Source of the DNA: an uncultured Veillonellaceae bacterium
Lineage (GTDB): Bacteria; Bacillota; Negativicutes; JARBTT01
Reading direction: 5' to 3'
Length of the DNA: 64,000 nt
NCBI GenBank assembly: GCA_963805085.1
Contig: CAWDTA010000004.1
Location: forward strand, 256,001 to 320,000
The notes below the pieces were generated by a model. It had not been told where the DNA came from, made no database searches, and saw nothing but the letters and a program-made list of their open reading frames with translations. Shown here piece by piece: positions 39,839 to 49,223 of this stretch. The position numbers and the translations under genes were made by a program. The number at the start of each line of letters is the position of its first letter. Position 1 is the stretch's first letter.

Positions 39839-41032
39839 TTATCGGGTGCTATATTCCTTGATTGCTTTTGATAATCGCCTGATACCTTCACGGATTTTTT
39901 CTTCTGGCATATTGGAGTAATTTAACCGCAAGGTGTTTGTAACTCCACCATTAGGGAAAAATGAATCACCAGGAATAAACGCCACATTATTTTCTAAGCA
40001 ATCCTCTAATAATTGAATGGCCTTCATCTGTTTTGGAAGCTCTAGCCAAAGAAATAAACCTCCTTCGGGATGGGTAAAAGTCACACCCTCAGGCAATGTT
40101 GCTTGTAGCATTTCAATCATAACATCTCGCCGTGATCGGTATAACGCTACCAACTCCCCAATATGCGCTTCGAAATCGTATACGTCCATAAACTTAGCAA
40201 TCTCCATCTGACTTCTTATCGATGTACACAAATCTGCCCCTTGCTTTATTAGAATATATTTTTCAAGGATATCCGTATCAGCCGCTAGCCAGCCGATACG
40301 CAATCCCGGACAGAACGTTTTTGAAAAAGTACTCGTAAAAATGACCAGACCTTTTGTATCCATGGATTTTAAGGAAGGAAGTATCTTATTTTCAAACCGC
40401 AATTCGCCATAGGGATCATCCTCAATAACTGGGATTTCGTATTTACTTACCAGCCTCATAAACTCAATCCTACGTTCTAGAGACCAAGTTTTGCCTGTTG
40501 GGTTTTGAAAATCAGGTATTACATAAATTAGTTTTATTCTTTTTTGGCTAGTTAATACTTTTTCTAGCTCTTCGAGGATCATACCTTCATCATTCGTTTT
40601 TACGGCAATGAATTTAGGGGCATAAGCATTAAAAGCACTGATTGCTGCTAAATACGTGGGACTTTCACAAAGGACAATATCATCCTCATCTAAAAAAAGT
40701 TTACCAGAAAAATCCAACCCCTGCTGAGAACCGCAGGTAATTAAAATATGTTCCTTCCTGACAGTTGTTTGAAATTTCCGATTCATTCGCTCCGCTATTT
40801 TTTCTCTTAGCGGTTCATAGCCTTCCGTGGTTGAATATTGCAAAGCTTCATTGCCTTGCTCTTCTAAAACACTGACGGCAATTTTCTTCATCTTTTCTAC
40901 GGGAAATAGTTCCGGTGCCGGTAAACCACCGGCAAAGGATATCATTTCTTTTTTTTGCGTCAGCTTTAATATCTCGCGTATTTCAGATCTACGCAATAAA
41001 TTCATTCGTCTTGCAAAACTAATCGGCATCAT
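39839..41032 (-). CDS. PLP-dependent aminotransferase class I (LysN-like)
   Basis: ISFAGGLP, PDFQNPTG, EDDPY, STFSK.FCPGLRIGW. Confidence 0.92.
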   Translation of the reverse strand: MMPISFARRMNLLRRSEIREILKLTQKKEMISFAGGLPAPELFPVEKMKKIAVSVLEEQGNEALQYSTTEGYEPLREKIAERMNRKFQTTVRKEHILITCGSQQGLDFSGKLFLDEDDIVLCESPTYLAAISAFNAYAPKFIAVKTNDEGMILEELEKVLTSQKRIKLIYVIPDFQNPTGKTWSLERRIEFMRLVSKYEIPVIEDDPYGELRFENKILPSLKSMDTKGLVIFTSTFSKTFCPGLRIGWLAADTDILEKYILIKQGADLCTSIRSQMEIAKFMDVYDFEAHIGELVALYRSRRDVMIEMLQATLPEGVTFTHPEGGLFLWLELPKQMKAIQLLEDCLENNVAFIPGDSFFPNGGVTNTLRLNYSNMPEEKIREGIRRLSKAIKEYSTR

Positions 41033-41093
41033 TTGTCCACTCCTCAACTTCTTTTATATTACAGTTTTTTTATTTATATTAACTTGCAGGAAT

Positions 41094-41137
41094 TAAATTG
41101 TAAATATCCAATTTAATATAATTAAAATACCAATTTA
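41094..41137. promoter_or_regulatory. Putative MocR operator (one inverted plus two direct CCAATTT)
   Basis: AAATTG at 41095, CCAATTT at 41108 and 41130, between divergent genes. Confidence 0.55.
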
Positions 41138-41160
41138 TTAAATTTAGGAGAAAATCATAA

Positions 41161-42672
41161 ATGGATATTACCAAAATAATCATGGATCTACGCGTTACAT
41201 CCTCACAAAACGCGCCACTCTACCTACAGCTAGCCAATGGCTTAGCAACAAAAATTCAAAATTTCACACTTGCTATTGGTACTAAACTTCCCCCAGAAAG
41301 AGAGCTTGCAAAATTACTGAATGTAAGCCGTACCACAGTAATTAATGCATACCGTTTGCTAGAAGATCAAGGCTTGATCAGTACCAAAATTGGCAGCGGA
41401 TCCTATGTAAATGAAGTATCGCAAGCCACCCAACCAAACGGGGCGATGCCTTGGGAACAGCTCTTCACCCCACAATATAACTCACCCCTCTCTTCCATAT
41501 TGCGTACATTAATTGATCCCCATACGATTGATGAAACAATATCTTTTGCTGCTGGTATGCCCGATCCAACGTTTTATCCGCTTTCCATCATGGAAAAAAC
41601 ACTTAATTCTAGCAAATATCACTTAGCCGCGGCTGACTTTGGCTACATTTCAACGGAAGGCTATCTTCCTTTGAAGCAATCATTAGCCACTTGGCAAGCT
41701 GAATTTGGAATTCATGCCACCCCTGAACAATTTCTTATTGTCTCTGGATCACAACAAGGTCTATACCTAATCGTAAAAGCTTTTATTGCCCCCAGAGACT
41801 ACATTATTCTAGAATCACCTACTTATCTAGGTGCTATTCAAGCCTTCGAAAATTCTGGCGCTCACATTTTAACTTTACCACCATCGGACCAGCTTAATTT
41901 TGAGCTACTTGAGGACTACCTTATCCGCTATCGCCCCAAATTAATGTATACAATTCCTACATTTCAAAATCCAACAGGACGCATTATGTCACTACAAGAC
42001 CGCCAGAAGCTAATCCAATTGGCCGGAAAATATCGTCTGGTAATCGTCGAGGATGATCCTTACAGCTTGCTATATTACGAACAAGAACCACCCGCATCGT
42101 TAAAAAGCCTTGATACTTACGGTGGTGTTATCTCTATAGGTACATTTTCCAAAACCGTTTTTCCCGGACTACGTACAGGCTGGATCACTGCTGCTGAGCA
42201 AGTGATTGATCGTCTGGCACAAGAAAAGCAGCATATTGATTTGCATAGCAATAACGTATCACAAATCATTCTTCATATCTGTCTAGAAGAAGGCTATCTA
42301 GAGAATCATTTATCCTTAATTCGCTTAGAATATAAAAAACGTCGCGATGCTATGGTTCACGCAATCAGACGTTATTGTAATGAATATCTTGAATTTACAA
42401 TTCCAACAGGAGGCTTTTATATCTGGTGCAAAGTGAAAGCACCTATATCAGTTACAGAACTAATTCGTCAAGCAGCGGTTGTCGGTGTTACTTTTGTTCC
42501 TGGTATTGCTTTTTATACCAATGGAACACGCAGTAATGAAATACGTCTTTGCTTTGTTACTCACCATGAAGATTTAATTAGGGAAGGAATACGAAAACTA
42601 GGGAAAATCCTTACATCTGGTGTAGCCAATAGCCTACACTCATCTCGCATGGCAGGTCGCCCTATCATTTAA
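41161..42672 (+). CDS. MocR/GabR-family regulator
   Basis: GntR wHTH (LPPERELA...VSRTTV) plus aminotransferase domain. Confidence 0.93.
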   Translation: MDITKIIMDLRVTSSQNAPLYLQLANGLATKIQNFTLAIGTKLPPERELAKLLNVSRTTVINAYRLLEDQGLISTKIGSGSYVNEVSQATQPNGAMPWEQLFTPQYNSPLSSILRTLIDPHTIDETISFAAGMPDPTFYPLSIMEKTLNSSKYHLAAADFGYISTEGYLPLKQSLATWQAEFGIHATPEQFLIVSGSQQGLYLIVKAFIAPRDYIILESPTYLGAIQAFENSGAHILTLPPSDQLNFELLEDYLIRYRPKLMYTIPTFQNPTGRIMSLQDRQKLIQLAGKYRLVIVEDDPYSLLYYEQEPPASLKSLDTYGGVISIGTFSKTVFPGLRTGWITAAEQVIDRLAQEKQHIDLHSNNVSQIILHICLEEGYLENHLSLIRLEYKKRRDAMVHAIRRYCNEYLEFTIPTGGFYIWCKVKAPISVTELIRQAAVVGVTFVPGIAFYTNGTRSNEIRLCFVTHHEDLIREGIRKLGKILTSGVANSLHSSRMAGRPII

Positions 42673-42695
42673 AGTTATGGGAAATTCGTTCGAAT

Positions 42696-42743
42696 AAAAA
42701 GAGCAACCGGGTACGAATTCATTTCGTACCCGGTTGCTCTTTT
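42696..42743. terminator. Bidirectional intrinsic terminator
   Basis: AAAAAGAGCAACCGGGTACGAA...TTCGTACCCGGTTGCTCTTTT. Confidence 0.9.
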
Positions 42744-42887
42744 AATCTAACAATAATTTAGTATTATAATCTTATATAAAATTATTTTGCAAAAATACTT
42801 TAGCAGCGGCTTGGATATACCCCTCCTGCTAACAATAAAAACCTTCGAAATTCAGCATAATTACGGGTCTGATTAAGCTGACCTAGA

Positions 42888-43304
42888 TCAAGATGTCATA
42901 GTGGTACTAGCAGCCACCGTAGGCCATGTAACATTATCTAAATCTGTAATACTAGATGGTAAATCTCTTAATGCCTGTCTATATGTTGCCCATGCAGATT
43001 TAAGAGTATCTGTCATAACTACATCTGATAATTGCGTCCAATCACATGCTGATAATAAAGCATCTCTTTTTGTTCTTATATTTGCTAATTTTTCTTCATC
43101 TGTTAATGTAGTTATTGCAGGGGCTGTAAATATCGTACCATCATAAGTCCAACCAACTTCTGGTTGTGTTGTTAATGCTGTTATATCTACAAATGTTACA
43201 TCATTTTGATTAAATTTTTGTGCATACAATTTTGTTAAAGTTAAATCATCTTCCATAATCCAGTGTACTGAATTGTTTAATATTTGTGCGTATTTATATG
43301 ACAT
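42888..43304 (-). CDS. Phage tail-fibre assembly chaperone-like protein
   Basis: PEVGWTYDG.IFTAP and IRTKRDALLSACDWTQLSD...WATYRQALRDLP...WP. Confidence 0.85.
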   Translation of the reverse strand: MSYKYAQILNNSVHWIMEDDLTLTKLYAQKFNQNDVTFVDITALTTQPEVGWTYDGTIFTAPAITTLTDEEKLANIRTKRDALLSACDWTQLSDVVMTDTLKSAWATYRQALRDLPSSITDLDNVTWPTVAASTTMTS

Positions 43305-43450
43305 TATAAATCATCCTCCTATATATGTGTTATTAAAATTTGTTTAGAATAAGCTCAAATGTTTTATTTAACCAACCAGAAATACCATAATATATTGTTA
43401 TAGTATTAAGTTAATTGTTACATTATAAGTTTATCTATATTTATAAAATA

Positions 43451-44716
43451 TCACCATTGAATTAATACGAATCCTGCAGCTCCAGAGCCACCAGTAGCGT
43501 TATAACTACTACCTCCATAACCACTACCTCCTCCAGCTCCATATCCTGAACCTGCAACGCCAGTTGATGAACCTGTAACTCCACCACTATGACCACCACA
43601 GCCAAAAATACTATCTCCACCATTGCCTATGTAATAGTCTGTATTACCGCTACCACCACTCATACCACCAAAACCGCCAGCTGAGCCACCTGAACTAGAA
43701 GATCCCCCTCCACCTCCAGCACACGAAAGAAGTGTACCAACTGATGATGAACCTCCTGAACATCCAGCTGAACCGCCTGCTCCTACCGTAATAGTATAAG
43801 ATGCACCTGCAGTTACATTTAATGTTTTACCTATAACAGCGGCTGCACCGCCACCACTGCCACCATAATAGTAATTCATATTACCATCAGTATCAGTACC
43901 GGTATCATATCCACTATGACCACCACCACCGCCACCTGACATGTTTACATATACAGTAGTTACTCCAGCAGGAACTGTAAAAGTTCCACTTGATGTAAAC
44001 ATCTGCTGACCATGTATACCACTAGCAAGTAATTGTGCAGCTGTATATCCACCAAGTGTAGTAGCCGCCGTAGCTGTTGCTGCATTACCCGTACAAGTGG
44101 CTGCAGTATTCGCACTAGTCACATCTACAGCAATAGACACACCTGCCGAACCGTCAAATGTTGCACTTCCCGTGGCATCACCAGTTAAACTAATCGTTCT
44201 GGCAGTAGCTAGTTTAGTAGCTGTTGCCGCATTACCGGAGCAGCTATCCGCATTGGTCACATCTACAGTAATAGCAACATCCGCTGAACCGTCAAATGTT
44301 GTACTGCCTGTAGCATCACCAGAAAGCGAGATTGTCCGAGCTGTTGTCAATGACGTAGCAGTAGCCGCATTACCTGTTATATCTACTGCTAAACTTGTCG
44401 GAGTTGTCCCTGCTGTAACCCTTCCTTTTGCGTCAACGGTAACAGATGTATATGTACCTTCGGTTACCCCACTGTCAGCTAATGTAGCTGGTATAGAAAT
44501 ATCCGCACTACCATCAAATGAGATTGCCGTTCCTACAACATCACCTGTAATTGCGATATTCCTAGCAGTAGCCAACTTAGTAGCCGTTGTCGCTGAATCC
44601 GCAGTTACAGCAGTTGCAGCATCAACAATTTTGTCTTCCTTTAACGCTCTAAAATTCTCTCTGATTGTTTCTGTTGATACAGTAATATCTACTGGTGAAT
44701 CTGAATTGTAAGACAT
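43451..44716 (-). CDS. Phage tail-fibre-like protein with glycine-rich C-terminal domain
   Basis: Three ATKLATAR.I...GD..G...FDGSA repeats, GTYTSVTVDAKGRVTAG, and GQQMFTSSGTFTVPAGVT...GGGGG...GFVLIQW. Confidence 0.82.
   Translation of the reverse strand: MSYNSDSPVDITVSTETIRENFRALKEDKIVDAATAVTADSATTATKLATARNIAITGDVVGTAISFDGSADISIPATLADSGVTEGTYTSVTVDAKGRVTAGTTPTSLAVDITGNAATATSLTTARTISLSGDATGSTTFDGSADVAITVDVTNADSCSGNAATATKLATARTISLTGDATGSATFDGSAGVSIAVDVTSANTAATCTGNAATATAATTLGGYTAAQLLASGIHGQQMFTSSGTFTVPAGVTTVYVNMSGGGGGGHSGYDTGTDTDGNMNYYYGGSGGGAAAVIGKTLNVTAGASYTITVGAGGSAGCSGGSSSVGTLLSCAGGGGGSSSSGGSAGGFGGMSGGSGNTDYYIGNGGDSIFGCGGHSGGVTGSSTGVAGSGYGAGGGSGYGGSSYNATGGSGAAGFVLIQW
44090..44590 (-). repeat. 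Tail-fibre shaft repeats (3 copies, ~46 aa)
   Basis: TKLATARNIAITGDVVG..FDGSA / SLTTARTISLSGDATG..FDGSA / TKLATARTISLTGDATG..FDGSA. Confidence 0.8.
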
Positions 44717-44876
44717 GTAAATTCCTCCCTAAATTAAAATATTATTTTGAAACTTGATATAGCCAAGGATCTCTTATTCATAATTGTGTTTATCCTGTAT
44801 ATCCCCCTTCACTTATATACATTCTTGCAGTTGCAACTTTTAAACTATAAATCTAAAAAAGTCGTCAAAAATTAGC

Positions 44877-44977
44877 AAAAATGGCGTCTGCATCAACAAT
44901 GAGATAGACGCCATTTTTCATTAAAACAATCCAAAAATGCTGGTTTTCCTTATTTTTAAGTGAAAACCAGCATTTTC
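44877..44977. terminator. Two tandem intrinsic terminators between the pectin cluster and the tail-fibre cassette
   Basis: AAAAATGGCGTCT...AGACGCCATTTTT and AAAATGCTGGTTTTC...GAAAACCAGCATTTT. Confidence 0.8.
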
Positions 44978-45021
44978 ATTTTACTAATTATCATAAATAA
45001 AAAACTGTATGATGCAAAACT

Positions 45022-45951
45022 TTAATAACTATCAGCATTTGCTTTTTCACCAGCAATGCAGCATGGCATTAGGCTTATATTAAGGACTTGAACCGCTATA
45101 AAATATTTGTCTAAATATTTTTTAAGCGGTAAATTTGACTTACTAATACCTTCAGTAACAAGTCCAGCAACTTTTAATGAACCTACACGATTGAGATGCG
45201 TGTTATCGATTTTCACACCATTCTGCGTATTCTCTGCATTGTATACGGCATGTAATTTGCCGGCCCCATCATTGCCTAATTGGTTGTAAAGGGCGACGGT
45301 TGCTTTGTTTAAATCAATCAAAGTAACATTCTGTTTTCTAGCGAGTGCTCTCATGGAATTATCATAAGAGATAGTATTTTCACCTTCAACTTCAGAATAA
45401 TGACTGTCTATAACTTTACCGTTACTATCGAAAAGTCTTCTTGCAATCGGCGTAACGAGAACTGGAATTGCACCTTCTTCTCTTGCCAATTTGATATAAT
45501 ATTCATATAGATAGTACTGATAGGAACCTTTTAGCGTTTCATCACCGAGTGGCGAAGCATGACGGTAAAGCTTACTTGTGTCCGTTAAGTTTGCGATGTC
45601 TTGCTTTTCGTCATTATGGCCGAACTGGATGAAGAGATAGTCACCATTTTTCAGATTATCTTTCAGTTCCTGATAGTTATTTTCATAAATAAAGCTTCTT
45701 GCGCTTCTGCCAGAAATAGCTAAATTATTGACTTTAACTTCATTTATGAAGTACTTGTCTATATTCTCACCCCAACCGGAACGAGCTACATCATATTTTG
45801 CTGTATCATCACCGTATTTGCATACTGTGGAATCACCAACTAAATAAATGGTAGTAACTGATGCCTTATTGTTTACGGCTGCAAAAACGGAACCTGCAAA
45901 TAAACAGAATACTACACTGGTTAATACTAACTTTAAGCCTATATATTTCAT
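45022..45951 (-). CDS. Rhamnogalacturonan/pectin acetylesterase (SGNH, CE12-like), secreted
   Basis: GDST, GWG, SGRS, QFGHND, DNTH. Confidence 0.9.
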   Translation of the reverse strand: MKYIGLKLVLTSVVFCLFAGSVFAAVNNKASVTTIYLVGDSTVCKYGDDTAKYDVARSGWGENIDKYFINEVKVNNLAISGRSARSFIYENNYQELKDNLKNGDYLFIQFGHNDEKQDIANLTDTSKLYRHASPLGDETLKGSYQYYLYEYYIKLAREEGAIPVLVTPIARRLFDSNGKVIDSHYSEVEGENTISYDNSMRALARKQNVTLIDLNKATVALYNQLGNDGAGKLHAVYNAENTQNGVKIDNTHLNRVGSLKVAGLVTEGISKSNLPLKKYLDKYFIAVQVLNISLMPCCIAGEKANADSY

Positions 45952-46019
45952 ATGCATCTTTCCTCTTCATATATATTCTTATAATATTTTCCTCTAGGCG
46001 ACCTATAAGGTCAGTCCAT

Positions 46020-47198
46020 TTATATGACACTTTTAGCCTTAATAAAAACTTTCGCTTTTAATAATTTCTTAACCATACTATCTGGATTCCAGTCTCCCAA
46101 ATATGTTTTTGGGGTGCATTCTTTAGCCTGTTCTTCGGTAAGTGTTCTTCTATTGGTACTCGTTAGCGCCCCAGGTCCTGTGCTGGCGTATTCAAACAGA
46201 CTATTATCTTCTGGGAAATGATCACCATATTTATTCATCATATGATCCCAACCAATTTCTGAAATATGTGCACCCATTTCACAGTTTTTAAATATTGCAC
46301 TAGAATTTACCGGACGTTGTTCAAAAGATGGATGCCATGGTCTACCGAGCTTTACCGAACCTTCTTCTTTAATATTACTTGTCAACTTACAATCAAGAAA
46401 CAGATATCCCTTATCCGGTATCAGCGTACTCGGAGCTGTAATATAACCTTTCGTGTCACCTTCTCTATCCAATGATTTAATCTCGCATTTTTCATATACT
46501 GCTGTCGCCGCGCCAAAAATAAAGTCTATATCTCCTTCAATATAACACTGATAATAATACTGTCTATTTTTATTGGCAAACAGCGTATCCTGGTTGCCTA
46601 GAAATCTGCAATGAACAAATGTACTCCGATCCGCTTCATTTTTAATTGCGAATGCCTGCCGGCTATCCATCGTCTGCATATTTGCCACTTCATCAAAGTC
46701 ATTGTTAAACGTAATATTTATCGCGGAAAACCCCGTAGCCGTATATTCTACCGTTACCGATGCACAATCCATACGATACATTTTCTTTCCATCGCCACCA
46801 TCTTCAGGTCTTACAACTGTACCTTCGGCATCATTATAAACAATCTGTGTGTTCTCTGCATTTTCGCCAACCAATATAATGTTGGGTTTTGTAATCTTTA
46901 CTTTTTCTCTATATGTACCACTCGTAACCAAAATTTTTACTGGTTTCTCATTTTTTTCAGCAACGGCATCAATTGCAGCACCTATAGTCTTATAGATACG
47001 GTTACCCTTGACTTTTTCTCCATCTTTTCCAGTAAAATTACAATCTACAATCATATTAAACGGTTCTGCTTTTATTAGCTGTTCAATCGGATCTTGATCC
47101 TTTGCCGCTGCTTGCACAATGTTGATATTTAAAGCTGTACCGATAAACGAAGTAATTGCCGTACAAATCAGAACTGACAGCATCTTTTTTATATTCAT
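46020..47198 (-). CDS. Pectin methylesterase (CE8), secreted
   Basis: GTYRE, QAFA, QDTL, DFIFG, LGRPW. Confidence 0.93.
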   Translation of the reverse strand: MNIKKMLSVLICTAITSFIGTALNINIVQAAAKDQDPIEQLIKAEPFNMIVDCNFTGKDGEKVKGNRIYKTIGAAIDAVAEKNEKPVKILVTSGTYREKVKITKPNIILVGENAENTQIVYNDAEGTVVRPEDGGDGKKMYRMDCASVTVEYTATGFSAINITFNNDFDEVANMQTMDSRQAFAIKNEADRSTFVHCRFLGNQDTLFANKNRQYYYQCYIEGDIDFIFGAATAVYEKCEIKSLDREGDTKGYITAPSTLIPDKGYLFLDCKLTSNIKEEGSVKLGRPWHPSFEQRPVNSSAIFKNCEMGAHISEIGWDHMMNKYGDHFPEDNSLFEYASTGPGALTSTNRRTLTEEQAKECTPKTYLGDWNPDSMVKKLLKAKVFIKAKSVI

Positions 47199-47457
47199 CT
47201 TTAATCCCTCATTTATGAAATAAAATATCCCAATTGTTTACTTTAAAATTAAGGCTGTATCAACCTATTTTTAAAGAATATTGTAAATATCTTCTGCTGC
47301 AATAAATTATGCATAATAGGCACCATTTATGTAAAATTATTTTCTTCGAAAATTACGATTCTAGAGAAACGATACCTAATTACAATTGTTTTATTGTTGT
47401 TTTATAGAAATCAATATATATGAAACAAAGACTGCATATTACAAAACCTAATGGCTA

Positions 47458-49170
47458 TTAGCCTTTATTTTTATCATTCTGAAAAACAAGGTTTTCAAAA
47501 AAACCATTTTTCAAATAATTGATTTTCATTGGTTTTGCATTGTAGAACATAATATTTGAAAAATATAAATTTTCGTGAAATCCATTTTGCGTTCCCTGTA
47601 CTTCAATCGCTGCTCCACCAGTGGTGTCTACAGTACAGTTTTCAATCCGGATATTTTTGAATAGGCCTGGAACTTTAGACTTTTCATATTCAACCACCGC
47701 ATTGGGATCAGAATATCCTGAAGTAAAGATAAATGCTTGATTTTTAATATTTTTCAGTGCATTATCACGGAAGATGATATTTCTTGCCCCGCCGCCGATT
47801 TGTGGCGCAGTTTTTGCCCGAAAACCGACATCGGTATTTTCAATTACATTATCTTCCGCGAGGATATTTTCAATCCAGGCTGCGGTATGGCTGCCTGTTA
47901 CCACTGCACCATGCCCATGATAAAAATAATTATTAAAGATCCAGATATTTTTAGTTGAAGGATCTTTTTGACCTAAAGCACCTAAGCCAGCAGCAAAGTT
48001 TACACAGTCATCGCCTGTATCAAAATAATTATTGATTACAGTCAATCCATTGCCATGGATAAATTCAATGCCATCTCCATTATTGCAGTCAAACGTATGG
48101 AACGTAACATCATTCACCGTTACATCATCACACTTAATATTTACGATTGTATGATTTGCTGGATTACTTACTGTGATTGCACCATAATAAACTTCTTTTA
48201 CTCCTCGCAAGGTAATGAGATTAGACCGCCTTGGATATGCAGATTTAAACGTTTGACCAGCCTGCATCAAATTTTCAACTTGTGCTTTCGCCAAGATTCC
48301 AATATTCAATACATGATTTTGATCCATCACTCCAGCCTTATCTATGGTATTATGTGCATATAGATAAGCTGTTTGCTCGCTATTTTTCTGCCACCCATTT
48401 CCATCAATCGTTCCTTCACCGACAATACGGATTTTTTCAACTACTGGCTCTTTTTCAGTGGGGCCAGCATTGATTAAGGCAAAGAAGCGTTCATCACTAG
48501 AATAAGGATACATTTTAAAATGATAGTCATAATCCTTAGCATTTTCTGAGCCAAGCAAAGTTGCGCCTTTGGCTACTTCCAAAGTCATATTGCTCTTGAG
48601 CCAAATTTGACCTGTCTTAAATACACCAGCTGGAACCAACACTTTATCGCCAGGTGTACAAGCATCAATTGCTTTCTGGATTGCTTTAGTATTTATTGTT
48701 GTGCCATCGCCGACAGCTCCATAAGCTTGGATGTTAAATATTCTAGGAATTGCTGTCGTTTTTTGCTCTATGACGTTGCTGTCGAGCGATTCGTTACCTT
48801 TTGCATCGACGGCCCGTACGGTAAATTTATATTTTGTTGAAGGCTCTAGCCCCGTGATAATATAAGAATGTTTGATCGTCATTTGCGCTTTGGGATTTTC
48901 CGCATAAAATTTATCTATACTTGGTTTCGCAACAGACACTTTATCTGATTGAACATTACCAAGCAGTTTACCATTCATATAAATATGATAATTCACTATG
49001 CCAGTCTGGTTGTCCGTTTTTTCCCAAATTAGGGTGATGCTCTGCTCATCTACAGCCAATGCTGGAACCTTTAAGTGCTGCGGTGCTGATATTGTCGCAG
49101 CCAGTGCCATTGAACTCATTAATAAACCCAAGAGAAGTACCAATAAAATTTGTATTGCATATTTTTTCAT
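47458..49170 (-). CDS. Exo-poly-alpha-galacturonosidase (FN3 plus GH28, PehX-like)
   Basis: Signal peptide, FN3 domain, NGDG, GDD, GHG, RAKT. Confidence 0.9.
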   Translation of the reverse strand: MKKYAIQILLVLLLGLLMSSMALAATISAPQHLKVPALAVDEQSITLIWEKTDNQTGIVNYHIYMNGKLLGNVQSDKVSVAKPSIDKFYAENPKAQMTIKHSYIITGLEPSTKYKFTVRAVDAKGNESLDSNVIEQKTTAIPRIFNIQAYGAVGDGTTINTKAIQKAIDACTPGDKVLVPAGVFKTGQIWLKSNMTLEVAKGATLLGSENAKDYDYHFKMYPYSSDERFFALINAGPTEKEPVVEKIRIVGEGTIDGNGWQKNSEQTAYLYAHNTIDKAGVMDQNHVLNIGILAKAQVENLMQAGQTFKSAYPRRSNLITLRGVKEVYYGAITVSNPANHTIVNIKCDDVTVNDVTFHTFDCNNGDGIEFIHGNGLTVINNYFDTGDDCVNFAAGLGALGQKDPSTKNIWIFNNYFYHGHGAVVTGSHTAAWIENILAEDNVIENTDVGFRAKTAPQIGGGARNIIFRDNALKNIKNQAFIFTSGYSDPNAVVEYEKSKVPGLFKNIRIENCTVDTTGGAAIEVQGTQNGFHENLYFSNIMFYNAKPMKINYLKNGFFENLVFQNDKNKG

Positions 49171-49223
49171 CGTTATTTTCACTCCTTCAATATCGCCTGT
49201 CAACTTAAACGCAAGCTATTCCA

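Noticed and set aside
43451-44000. Possible diversity-generating retroelement target in the tail-fibre tip
   Set aside because: No reverse transcriptase and no near-identical template repeat seen in the window.
44097-44711. 204-aa plus-strand ORF
   Set aside because: Antisense shadow of the Ala/Thr-rich tail-fibre gene; no RBS or independent features.
30671-44811. Identical 14-mer TATATCCCCCTTCA at 30671 and 44798 as possible att sites
   Set aside because: It is the complement of a strong RBS-like sequence, and the intervening genes look like ordinary chromosome; likely coincidence.
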